Assembly (NCBI RefSeq): GCF_000181795.1
Contig: NW_003526943.1
Location: forward strand, 6,965,566-7,029,565
Length of the DNA stretch: 64,000 nucleotides
Source of the DNA: Trichinella spiralis
Lineage: Eukaryota
Direction of reading: 5' to 3'
Part shown: piece after piece, positions 13,423 to 26,262 of the stretch
Layout of the letters: every line of letters begins with the position of its first letter
How positions within the stretch are numbered: the first letter of the stretch is position 1
The notes under the pieces: model-generated
Database searches by the model: none
Told to the model about the DNA's origin: nothing
What the model saw: only the letters and a program-made list of their open reading frames with translations
Translations under genes and position numbers: made by a program

Positions 13423-16400
13423 ATGAGTTCGGAAAACTTGAGCAGCCCTGCGTCTGAAACTGTCGAAGCGATTGAAGATCCGGGGTAATTGTGTAGTTTT
13501 TTTTTCGTTTGTTCATACAAATTATTTAAATTTTATTTTGTGAAAAAAATTGAAAAAAATCCTTTTTCTCAACGTGCAGTAATGGTATTTTATTCATTGT
13601 TCGTTTTTGTTTGTAGAAAAATGTTCATCGGTGGCTTAAGCTGGCAGACATCAGTGGGTAAGATTTGGATGAGATTTTTTCAAAGAAAAGAAAAAGAATA
13701 GAAAAACAATTATAATTTTTAATTTCAAATTTATTTAATAATTTTTGTTATTGTTGTTGCAGATTCGTTGCGCCAATATTTCATGCAATTTGGGGAGGTG
13801 ACAGAATCTGTCGTGATGCGCGACCCGAATACGAAAAAAGCAAGGTATTAAGATATTTTGAATGAGTGAATTTTTTTCATGGTCATCATGAAAGTAATAA
13901 ATTTGCGTTCCATTTTCTGATCAATTTTGTTAAATTTGAATTTTTGAAAGTTTGTTTTATCTGTTTGTTTGTTTTTTTGTTTAACATTTTCTTCATGGTC
14001 TGGTTCTGTTGGTGCTTGTTGGCCTGTTGCTTGGTTGTCGGTACAAACTCGTTTTCTTAGTGCATAAAACTGCACAATTTTTGTGGGATGAAAAAAAAAT
14101 ATATACATATATTTTTTTTAATTCTTGCTTGATTGTTGTTGAAATTGTAGAGGATTTGGATTTATCAAGTTTGCCGATGCAGCTAGCGTTGACAAAGTGC
14201 TGAATCACCAAGCACACGAACTCGACGGCAAGAAGGCAAGTGAAAAATGAAATAATAAAATAATGAGAATAAATTAAAAATATATATATATTTAAATTAA
14301 GGATAATGAGGAAATTTATTTGGTGTTTATTTATTATTTTTCGTTGCATAATATTATTTTGTTTCAGATTGATCCGAAAGTGGCTTTTCCGAAACGTATT
14401 CAACCAAAAGTAAGCTGCCATCATTGCATTTATGTTGTTAGCCTTTTCAGTAGTAATAGTAGTAGTACACTTTCTGGTCGTTAGTGTTGTTGTTAACACT
14501 GGCGCGCGAGCGCTGACGTCCGCCGGCGCGCTTACGCGCTCGGCGTTATTTGGTTCGATTCTATTGATGCAACTAGTGTTGGAGATATGTAGTTTTTCTC
14601 ATGTTGTTTGTCCAAATGGCAAACTTGTACGTACGTTGACGGTGAACTTAGCATCCTCTGAGCACAGAACATATGTATATATATATCAGAGAAAATTAGT
14701 AATTTAGTAGTTGTTTTGATGGTTGGTGTAATCGTAATAGTAGTAATAGTAGTAGTGGAAATAGGCAATGGGGGCAGAATAGCAGTGAAAGCAGGCTTGA
14801 AAATGCATCAGTTGTTGGAAGAGGAGAAGAAATTCATTCGCTAAAGATGAACACACGCGCGCATTTAAGCTAGGAAATGCTAATGAAAACGAAAATAGGA
14901 GAAGCAGGGGGAGGGAGAGAGAGAGAAGCGCATTGACTAAGAAGCAAGTTTTGGCCGGCTGTCATTTTCAGCGTTCGGTGTTTTCATTCATTCATTTATT
15001 CATTCATGTCTCTTTGGAACTAGTTTTCTTGCCGTAAAATTGCATTGTAAAATTTGAAACTGGATACGTTTAATAAACTGATCGTTTTCATTTTCATTAA
15101 ATTATTAATTTTTTAACATTTCAAAAAAGAAAATTCTCTCTCCTTCTTTCCATTCACAACACCAGCAAACTCTGCAATGGTCAGCAACAACAACAACAAG
15201 AAACAATAATAATGTTGTTGTTGTTTTCTTGTTTTTTTTTCCATTTTAAAATTTTCGTCACGATTAAGAAGCATCCAAGCAAATGTATGTGATTTCACTT
15301 GCGACCATTTCTGACACAACTGGGCCATCGCGATGGCAAACTTGCTGCTGCGCCAGGGGAGGAGCATGGATGTCGCTTGCAACAACGTTCCCATTGGAAG
15401 ACGACGATCAATGAATTTTTGAAAATTTATTAGAAAATTATCATTTTTTCAACTCGAAGAGAAAATAGTAACAAAAATAATAATAATTTATCATTATTCC
15501 TATTTGAAAAAAATATATGTATAGCCAGAACAAATTCAAAGTCATGATAAGTTATTTTTTTGTTGTACTTCTTTTTTCTACCATTTGAAATTTCTACTTT
15601 TTACTGCCGACAGACATGTGTTATTCAGACTGTCAACTGTTTACAGTTGAGAGGCAGGTTGGGATATTTTTGATTGTTTATTTTTATTTTGCAAAAATTT
15701 ATTTTCAACCAATTTTCTTTTCGTTAGAAGTGCTGAGAAAACAAAATATTATCGTTTGAAGAAACAGTTGCAAAACTTGAGAGGTTTTCTTTGGGTTTTT
15801 GAAATTTAAATTTTCAAAACAATTTCCAGCAGTACAGTAAGAAATTGTTTTAGTACAGTCTTCAGTAGAATTACCTGACTGTCATATTTTTGAAATTTTA
15901 TTTATGAATTGTTTTTTTTCTGCTTTTTGAATCGAATTCATTTCACACATGCGTGTTTCTTTGTTTGTTTTATTAAATTCAATTAGATAAATTAAATTAA
16001 ATTATCTTCTGGAAAATGTTCGCAATGATAAAAACGATGTTGTCAGTGTTGGTGTTCTAAATAACGTTTGCACCGCGTGGAAAGTAGAAATTGCGATGCT
16101 TGTCTGTGTGCAGATTTGGTGAACGCGCGGAGAGTTGTTTCCAGTCTGATTGTAAAAGTTGAACTGAAAAACCAATTTCACCGACCCAATTTTGACAACT
16201 TTCATCATTGTTGCCTGGGGTGGTGTTAGTGATGAGGCGAAATTTTTTGTGTGTGAAACGCTTTCGCAAAAGAGGATCCCTTCTTGCCTGGTTGTTGTCC
16301 AATTATCCCACAATTCTTATTCTTCATTCATTTTTTTTGTATTTGTCATTTTTACGAAATGACTTTTTTGGAATTATCATTTCCATCGATCTTGATTTGA

Positions 16401-19400
16401 ATAAATAGTAATCATAACACCTGAATAAATGGTGCAGTGAAAGATGATCAACTTCTTCTGTTTCACAGATTAATTTCTTACAGTTAGTTGAAAATGTGTT
16501 ATGTAGAGTGGAAAATTGAACTAGTGAATTTCTACAATTATCATTTCGACGATATCTTATTTTCTTATGAAATGGTATTTCTTTTTAACTTGTTGCTTGC
16601 TCAATATTTCAATATAACAATCATCTCGGTTATGTTATTACTTTTTTTTTAAATTATTGTTGAGATTATTTATTTATTCATTTGTATTTGAATCATAAGA
16701 AGAAGAAGAAGATGATGATGATGATGATGAAAATGTGCTGTTGTTGGTGGTAGTTTTCTTCAAAATTTCAAGTTTGATATTCTTTTAATTAGATGCCGAC
16801 TTCCATTAAATTGATGAATATTATTGTTCTATAAGTTGTGTGTGTATGTTAATTTTATTGGACAAAGTATTTAGTTGCTGATCGATTTGTTCATTTTTGC
16901 ATTGTTTGTCTAAGCTGTGCAGTAGGATTTTTCAACAATCTCTCTCGTCGAAAGTAGTAGTTAGCTGTTTCCAGTAATAAAATAAAATACAAATCCTGTT
17001 TAAATGCAGCAAATCTAGAAAGATTAAATAAAAATTAAACCATTTCGTGTCTTGATGTGTTCAATTAATAAAAAAAATAGTCTGGTCAGTTGGTTAAAAT
17101 TTTCAAAATAATTTTTTGTCAGCGAATAATGGAAAATTGTCAATGGAAGCAGGCAGATTTTTCCTTCCAGTTTTATCCATTTTACGAAATTGTATTTTAC
17201 TTTCGAAAAATGTTCTCTCCAAGGCATGCGGTGCAGTTCAATTTGGAACTGCACTTTAGCTGTGAACGCGTCGTTTCTTCTCAGCTTCTTTTGTGATCAT
17301 TAAAGAAAACTTATTATTAAATATTATGAAAAATGAGAATAAACGAGTCGCATATTTTCATTTTCTCACATTTGGTTTTGGTTGCTTTTTTTTATCGAAA
17401 AATTCCTCGCCTCAGTCTGTTTCACTCGACTGGTGTAACTGGCACTACCACTGGCAAGTAACTACGATGATTTTTATTATTACGTGCTATTAAAATGGCA
17501 GCTGTAGTGCAGACCCCGTTCATAGCAGCAGTTAGTTAGTTAGTTAGTTGGTATGCAGCAGCAAATAGCATTGCAGCAGCAGCAGTAGTAGTAGTAGTAG
17601 CAGCTGAGATGGAAGAATAATGATAAATTATTTTCGTTTTTACGATTTTCAGTTTTTTTTACTTTTGCTTGTTTTGTTATATTATTCATTGGAAAATGTG
17701 TTGTTGGCATTTGATGGATCGCATTCGTTCATGAATAAAAAAAATTCTGCTGTGTATGTATTCCCACGCTCTTGCGAGTTGATTCTTTCTCATCACATTG
17801 TACATTTTTTATTATGAATGAAAATGAATAGAGTATAAATTGAATTTGCATTTTTTATTTTTCATTTCTATTTTTTGCTGTAGCATTCATGTGAAACTTG
17901 GTTGGAATGTGTTTTAATAATTTATTTTTCTATCAAAGTACAATTTTACTGGTGATGTTGTTGGTGCTTGTGCTCGTTGGTGGTAGGCTTCGGCTGGGAT
18001 GGACATTTTATTTGTAGTTTTGTTGTTCAACGACGTTAGTGTTCTGTGTCTGGTTGGCTGGCACACGATTTCGGCGCGGTGCATTAGCGTGGTTTTTGGA
18101 AACTTGTGTCAATAGCTTCCGGATGCATTGTCGTCGGTCCGGAAGTTGGCAAATCGATGCTTGGCTCTTGAACTGGTGCTCCCCTATGTGTCGGCTCGGC
18201 CGGGATCTTGATTACGGCCCCAAAAATCGATCCACTTCATGGCTCATTAAATAGCTTCTTGATGGGGAGGGAAAGGGAGAGTGAGTGAGCGAGTGAGAGT
18301 GAGAGGCAGCAAAATTGGCCTAAAGGTTGGAGAGGGGTGAATTTATCATAAAGGCGCGTCTTTCTTTGTCAACCGATAATCGAAAATGAATCTTTTACGG
18401 TAAAAGACGGGCAGACAGATTTAGTTGTAGGATGGAAAAATTCATTCATCCATCCATCCATTCATTCATTCGTTCTTCCTCTGCTTGACGACGTGTTGTT
18501 GTTGTTGTTGCCTGGTCAATTTTACTTTTTTTTTTCTAATCCTGCTTATTCATTTAAATACTACTGACGTCAGATTGTGAATCGCCGGCGTTGTTGTGTT
18601 GTTTACATAAAGAATTGTACTTTTCTTTGGCTTCAAGTTGATCATTGGTCTCAGGTTCAATCACGCACGTTTCGACTCGACAAATTATTTTTCTTTCAAA
18701 CGACCAACCAATCAAAACAGTCCGTTGAAACTCTCTCCACTACAAAAATACAACAGTAGAAACGCTATTTATAATTGTTTCTTTCAAATTATGAAGTTTT
18801 TGAATTAAAAAAGTGAAGTCTTTCTTTTTTATTATTTTTTACATGACTTAATGAGAAGAAGAATGTCTGATGTTGTTTTTGTGTTTATTTATTTTATTTT
18901 TTAAAGCATGAAAATTTCTTTGACTGTTTCAAATTTTATATTTTTTCATGCCGATGAGAAAGAAAGAAATTTTCTTTTCTCTTATTTATTTTTTTTAAAT
19001 TATCGTCTGGGGTAAAATTATCAGTTTTTTTTTTTCATTCGCTCTCTCCGTCGGTTGTGATTGGTTGACCTTTTTTATTGGCTAGTGGTCGTTACACCAG
19101 TGACAAAGGAACAAAAGCAGCGGAGAAAGTTATTAGCGTTCAGTGCTGCTGCTTCTGCTGCGGGGCTGGTTAAAAATTTAACATCCGCTGTGTTAATAGG
19201 CGAATTTTTGACAGCGTTCGATTTTTCATCCCCGCAGGTTGATGAGAGAGCAAGGAATTAACATTTTCTTCGGCCAACAATTTTTAAAGAAGAAGAAGAA
19301 GAAGAAGCCAAAGAGCATCAGCGGCAGCCAGCAGCAGCAGCATTTACTTTTCGAGTGACGTAGCAACGAGCTGCTCTGCTGCTGCTGCATTTGCGCCTCG

Positions 19401-22400
19401 TCGGTTATAAAAAGCACTTTTATTTATTTATACTTTCGTCTACTTTCACCATTACTATTATTATTTATTATTTGGTCATAAATTTCAACTTGCTTTATTA
19501 TAACGTTTTGTGGGTAAAAAGGTTTGTTTTCACTTAACATCATCATCATCATCGGAGAGTAATTCAGTTGAATACTTAAACACCGTTGGGAAATTGTTGT
19601 TCTTTATTTGATCAAATTTAATACAGTCAACTGGCTAGCTAGCTAGTTGGTTGTTTTTTGTTTGTTTTAACATAAACACGTCCGCTTCTTCGGTCCGTCT
19701 GTATTTTTGTTTGCTGGAAAAAAGGGCCAAAGAGCGCGAAAACCGACACAGACAGACGCTTGTGAAGAAGAAAGAAATCGATTTGAGAAAACAACAGTCG
19801 TGTCGCTATCTATCGTGCGTGAACGGGTAAAATGCCCGAGGCGTAAGATTTATCTATGGCCAATGTTTGTTTTATTTTTTTGCTGAAGTTTATGGTGTTT
19901 TCTTATTCTTATTCACAAGATTGGTTAATTTGATTAATTGATTAATTAATTTATTATTATTATTATTCACCAAAGAAAGATAGGCAGAGATTTTGCTTGC
20001 AATGCATCCGCCCACTCATTCGTCGTCACCCGAATTGACCAATCACATATTTGGGTGGAAATTTCACGAATAGAAAAGCTTTCAGAAACGTTTTCGGCGG
20101 TTGATGTTGGGAAAAAATGCAGTTTGACAAGTTTGAGATTGGCCAATTGGTGGATGGACACTTTTTCTTTTTGTCAGTGTTTCTTTCTTTTTCTCTGGTT
20201 GGTTGGTGCAGTAGTAGTGGTAGTAGTTAGTAGTTGATGGTGATGATGATGATGAACAATTTGTAAAATTCATGGTGTTGTCTGTGTTGATGATGGTCAT
20301 CGGTCGTGGTTATTTATTTTCTGAATACGTCTACCCACGTATTTGTTTTTTTGTTTGTTTGTTTGTTTGTTGTTGTTCTAGAGTTTGCTTGCTGTGACAT
20401 TTTCTTCTTTTTTTTCCACGAACGTCGTCGTCTCATTTTTCTTTGCTTGGTTAATGAAAGCAACGATTGATTGATAAAAATTGCTTTGGTCGCCTGCTTT
20501 TTAAAATCGTCTTTTCCAGAAAGAGGATTATTAAAATCAGAGAATAGATGTTCAACTTTCTCTGTATTTTGTAGTTTTGTGTGGTATTGCTTTTTTTACT
20601 CATCACTTACTTCTTGATGCAGAGTGTAGTTTGTTTATTTATTTATTTATTTTTCTTCTCAGTTGACGAAAGCAACGACTCAGCAACAAAGCAGTATTAG
20701 TACTACTTTAGCATAGTGTAGAGGGTTCACAAATATTTTATTTTACTCAATGTCGTCGTCATCTTCGTCGTCGCTTTCCAATTTCCTACGTGATTCCTCG
20801 TCATCCGTCAGTAATGCTATTTTTTTTATCTTTATGAATTTATATACATGTAGTTGTTTCTTTTTTTTTATAATCATTTTCACTTGGTTATGATGATGAT
20901 ATTCATTCGAATGAATTTTTTTTTAATTTATCTTCATGTACATTCTTATTTGTTTTTTGTATGTTTTTTTAAAATTATCATTTAGTTTTAGCATATTATT
21001 CAGTATGTAATAGTGGTAGTAGTAGTAGTTGTTGTTGTTGTGTTGTTGTTACAATGAGTCAGTGTATAGCAGTAGCAGCAGAAGAAATAAATAGTAGGTA
21101 GATATTGATTTTTTTTGATTTGTTCGCCTGCGTCTCTGTTCAAGCATCATCTTTGTGTGAAATCACCAACCACCAAACCCACCATGTTTGCTTGAAAAGC
21201 TGTAGTGAAAAATTTCCTTGTTGTCGTTTGATCGTTTTGTATATTATTATTATTATTATTATTATTTATGTATTATAAAATAAAAATCAGAAAATTGCCG
21301 TACAAACTGAGCTGAACTGAATTGGCTAGCATCTAGAAACTGGTGGACAACAACGAGACGACGACGACGACGATTGGACAAATAAAATGCTGGCAGTGCA
21401 AGTTGCTTTGTTCAAAATCAAACTGGTCCTTCCTTCTTTTTCTCACTTTAAAATCTTCCTTCTCTTAACTTTCATTTAAACTGGTGGTGTCTGCTTTTGC
21501 TCGTGTGTCGACTATATAGTTGTCGTTTATTTATTTATTTATTCAAAATTCATTTTGCTCCGTCTGCTTTTCCTCTGCTTGTTGTTGCTTTTCCCATTTT
21601 CAATTTCAATTATTAGCTTAACAATTTGACTTCAAATCACTGGGATGTAATGTTTTTTTTTTGTTTACATCAAGTGAACACTAATATTTGAATATATATC
21701 TAAATATACAATATTATAATATTTTGTGTTTTTGTCGATAAATTGCGCGTTTTTTATTTTAAAATTTAAAACCCTTTTTTCCCACCACTACTTGCATTGA
21801 TTATATTAGTAGTTTATTTGCATTTATAGATGGTCACGAGAACAAAAAAGATTTTCGTCGGTGGTCTGTCTGCTTCGACTACACTGGAAGATATGAAAAA
21901 TTATTTTACTCAATACGGACGGGTGAGGGTTACGTTATTTTTTTTTGCATTTTTTAAAAAAAATTTATTCTTCAATTTCTATTTAAGATTGAAGATAGTA
22001 TGTTAATGTTTGATAAGTCGACCAATCGACACCGAGGTAAGTTTTTTCTTTTTTTTTCTCTTTTTTACACGAACATATTATATATATGTATAAGATTTAT
22101 ATGTTTATTATAAAAATTTTCTTTGTCCCATCTGGTGGAACTTGACTCTAGTTTTTTAACGGAACAATTTTCACTTCCTACTGTTATTTTTTCTTATTTT
22201 TTGTTCTTTAAATATACCATCAACAATGATGGGGGAATGGAATGATCACCCTTAAATGACTTCGCAGCAGCAGCAGCAGCAGTGTGCTCAGAAACTTTTT
22301 TGCACTTTTTATTGATTTAACTTCCTTTAACTTTGGCTCATTCAATGCTGTAACTCGAACTATACATATGTAATGGACGAGAAGTGGAAGAAAAAAGAAA

Positions 22401-23953
22401 CATTAAAATTATTCCAATCCACCTTTCAGTATATATATAACTTTGCTTTTTTAATCGATCTATTTGCTGTTGACAATAATTTTAACTTTAGCTGTTTTGC
22501 ATTTCATTTCATGAACTTTTCAACTACTCATTTATGTGAAAATTATTTTGATTTATGAGGTTCACTTTAAAAATTAACTTTGGAACACCATCTAAAAATA
22601 TTGAGAAAGCATATTATTATTATTATTATTCATGAATGTTTTTGAATTTTTCTTAAACTTATGTTAGTATAAGTATATTTCCGTTGTAGGATGCGGTTTT
22701 CCTATATACTTGCATAAATAGTAATAATAATGAATTTGTGAAAAAAGGCTTTTTCATAATGGTGATCATGATGGTGGCGGTGGTAGTGCTGCTGCTGCTG
22801 CTGCTGCTGCTGTGCATGCAGTTGTTGCATTGAACGTGCAATTAGCAAATGTTTCTTCTATATTTCTTTTATTTTATTTTATTACGTTGAAAATATTTGA
22901 AATTCCATTGCCAAGATAAGCGATAAACAAATAATGACACAGTTGGTTGTTATTTTACTTTCATTTTCAGGTTTTGGCTTTATTACTTTTGATAATGAAG
23001 ACGTGGTTGAAAAAGTTGTCGAAATTCATTTTCATGAGATCAATGGGAAAATGGTAATTATAATTCCATTTTATTATCAATATATTACTGTTGTATAAGT
23101 AGCAATACGTCGGAAATATTAAAAAGAAAATAACAAAAAAAAATCTTGCCATTAAGGTTGAATGCAAAAAAGCCCAACCGAAAGAGGTAATGCTACCTGT
23201 TCAGATAGCTAAGAACAGAGCTTTTAGTCGCAAGTTTTATGGCGGTTTAGCAGATCTCTATGGTAAATATAAAATTATCTGTAATCTGAAATAAACTAAT
23301 TTCAAAAATAATTTTTTCTTTCAAGGTAATTATTCACCTACGTTTTCTCCACGCTTTGGTTATCGATCTTGTTTTTATTATCCTCCTGGTGAGTTGGTTG
23401 GTTGATTGATGATGAAATAAATTTGCTTTCTAAATTTATGCACATGTATATGTATGTATACATATATATATATGTATATGTTTGTTTTTAATTAGGCCTA
23501 TACAGCTATTTCATTTCTCCAAGTGATAAATATTTCACGGATATTGCATTTTCCGCGCAGTTGGCAGTAGCGAATGGGAGGCCTGATTTGGCAAGAACTA
23601 GTAAGTTGAGAAAAAGAAATCATTTAATTTATATATATATATATTATTTATTTAATAAAATTCATTTTAGTGCTGAACGCAAGTTACGCAGGTGGTTACA
23701 TGTCCCCAGCATCACCAAGTGCTCAACATGGTTTCACAACAGCTGCCGGACATACAGCGGCAACGCAGGCCGTGGATATTTATTCAGCCGGTGGCACGCC
23801 GGAATTGGCATCTTACATAACAGCGGTAAGAATGATGTGTTTATTGTTGTTTTAAACATAATTTTTCACTTTATTACAATAATTGTTGTTTTTTTTGTTG
23901 CTGATATTTAGCCAGCTCCGTTGTTGACTGCTGCTTACAATGGTTACCATTGA
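13423..23953 (+). CDS. msi-1: Musashi RNA-binding protein (two RRMs), 13 coding exons
   Basis: Exons 13423-13484, 13617-13657, 13763-13844, 14151-14235, 14368-14409, 21830-21922, 21988-22036, 22971-23053, 23157-23262, 23326-23388, 23496-23600, 23671-23825, 23912-23953 splice in frame: [14 protein letters not shown]...RGFGFIKF...[34 protein letters not shown]...[17 protein letters not shown]...[23 protein letters not shown]...TAAYNGYH*. Confidence 0.97.
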
Positions 23954-26262
23954 ATTCGGCTGGCCATATTCTGATTTTCATTGGTTTTATCCAAAATATG
24001 CACACCGACATGTCGGTCTTTTTTATATGAATTTGATTTTTTCATGCTATACATCGTTTTTTCTCTTTTCTTCTTTCATCATCATCTATCTGTATTTTAC
24101 CCCTCAAAATTGAATTAATTATTCGTTTTAAAGTGCACCTTCAAGCACGGATTATTCTATTTATTAATTTACTTCATATATATGCATACATTTATATATT
24201 TATTTATTTGTTTAATTTTTCTTATTGATATTTTTGTTGTTTTTCTTTTTTTTCTTTTTTAAATCATTCATCATCTTCAAATCACCGTACAAAATAATCT
24301 TTCCTCCCCGCCCTCACTATTTTCATTGTCGTTGATTGCAGTGATTACCAATTCATTTCACTGCAATCATAGTTTGATTGATCGATCAGTTGATGATTGA
24401 TTTTTTAATTTATTCAAATTTCAATCCAATCTTCCCAGATAAAACTGCAGTTTTCACATCTTATTTATTTATTTTGAACAGAAGTAGAGAAGAAACAGTT
24501 AATTGTGAAACTTTTATTAATTTTTAAAGTTTCTTTTTTTATTTTTCTATTTGATCGAGTGTAGTTTGATGAATAGTTTTCTGTGAACAACAACAACAAC
24601 AGTATATATATATATATTGAATATTTTTTCCATCATTTCTGCATATCCCATACAACGGAGAGTGGTTGAAAAAGCGATGTGCATTGTGTTGTTGTTCACC
24701 ACAGCAATTTGTGTTGTAGCCGTTGTCGGCTATTGGACAATTGCTGTACTTTTCTTTTTAATGCTTTCTGCACGATGGCCTTTGCAATAAGTAGTTTTTC
24801 CTAGTATGGTCATTGTGTTTTGCTTTTTTTGGATTTTCCCACACACATGCATACGTACATTTTTTCTGACTCGAATTGTTGTTTGTCATCGTTGAGAATA
24901 AGCTCTCTCGTTCTCAGTGAATTTGTTCTCATGCCACAGTGGCCTGTTTATTATTTTTCCCCTATTTCATTATTACAATTATTATAATTATCATTTTTGT
25001 TTTATTTCTGAAAATGCTTGTCTGTCTCTCAGTATTTTTTTCTCGCTTCATGTCACCAGATGGAATGGATATCGGCAACATCGCAGAGAAAAGAATTTAT
25101 GACATTCATTGTCTGTCTTATTGCTGTGTGGAGAGACTTGAAGAACTTTTTCTTCATTCTTTGATTGTCTTTAAAATCATTTTACTTTATTTTATTATTG
25201 GATTTATGATGACCGTGTGCTTATAAAAATCTATCATCACAAACCAACAAATCGGCATATGTTGATGAAAAGTCGTTGTGTTGTTATTTGCTATATACTG
25301 CTGCTGTTTCCGCCATATCGAACTCCAAATGCACAGTATTATCATTCTTCTTATCATTACTGTAAGCAACGATCCAGCAAATTGCAATAACTTTGCAGCT
25401 ATCAGATCTTTTCCTCCACCATGTTGAGCAAACATACTTTAAAATTTTTTAAAGAAAAAACATGTCTTTTCTCGTGTCTATCCGTATTTTTTCATTCCAT
25501 GCGTACGCAAAAACGACAGAAAGCACTCAGCTGCTGCACACTGGCTAGTTGACTGACTGCTTTGTTTATTCATTCATCAGTCATCATCATCATCATCATG
25601 AGTTTGTGCATGCAGTGTGGATTTTTATTGAATTCATTTTTTCAGCCATTTTTGAATGGAAGAAAATGCAAATTATGCAAAAAAGGTAATGTCATTTGTT
25701 ACAGCTTTTCACAACAACTGACGATGGCACAGTACGTCGATAACGGAACATTTTTAAAAAAATTATAAACAAAACAATACACAAACAACCGACTGTCGAA
25801 TGCAAATTTTTGTCATCTTTTTTATTTATTAATTTTTGGTTTGTGAGCCGCTTTACTGCATCACGCATTGCTTTGGTAAAAAAATATATGCAATTCGTGT
25901 ACGGATCGATCGATGATTTTCATTTTTTCCGAATGAAATATAGAATAAGCAAAAGAAAATATTTATTTATTTATTTGAATAAAAACATGAAAATACAAAA
26001 TGATCAAAGGCAAAGAAGGTATTGTTGCTTTTTTTCCTTCATGCAGATTTTTGTGAAGAAATGATCGTGAGACAGACAATGTGACTGGCATGAATGGAAA
26101 GTAGGTAAAATGATCATGTGCAACAAAAATGTTGTGCTTGCTTACATCGTGCACGTACAGTGGTTGTAGACTGATGGAATAAGAGAGACAGAGAGGAAGG
26201 ATGAATGTAGTAGATAAAATGCTCATCTTGTGAATGAACCATTCAATCAATCATTCATTCAT

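Noticed and set aside
14410..21829. Nested protein-coding gene or snoRNA in the long Musashi intron
   Set aside because: ORFs are low-complexity and microsatellite-derived; I could not identify convincing C/D or H/ACA box arrangements by eye.
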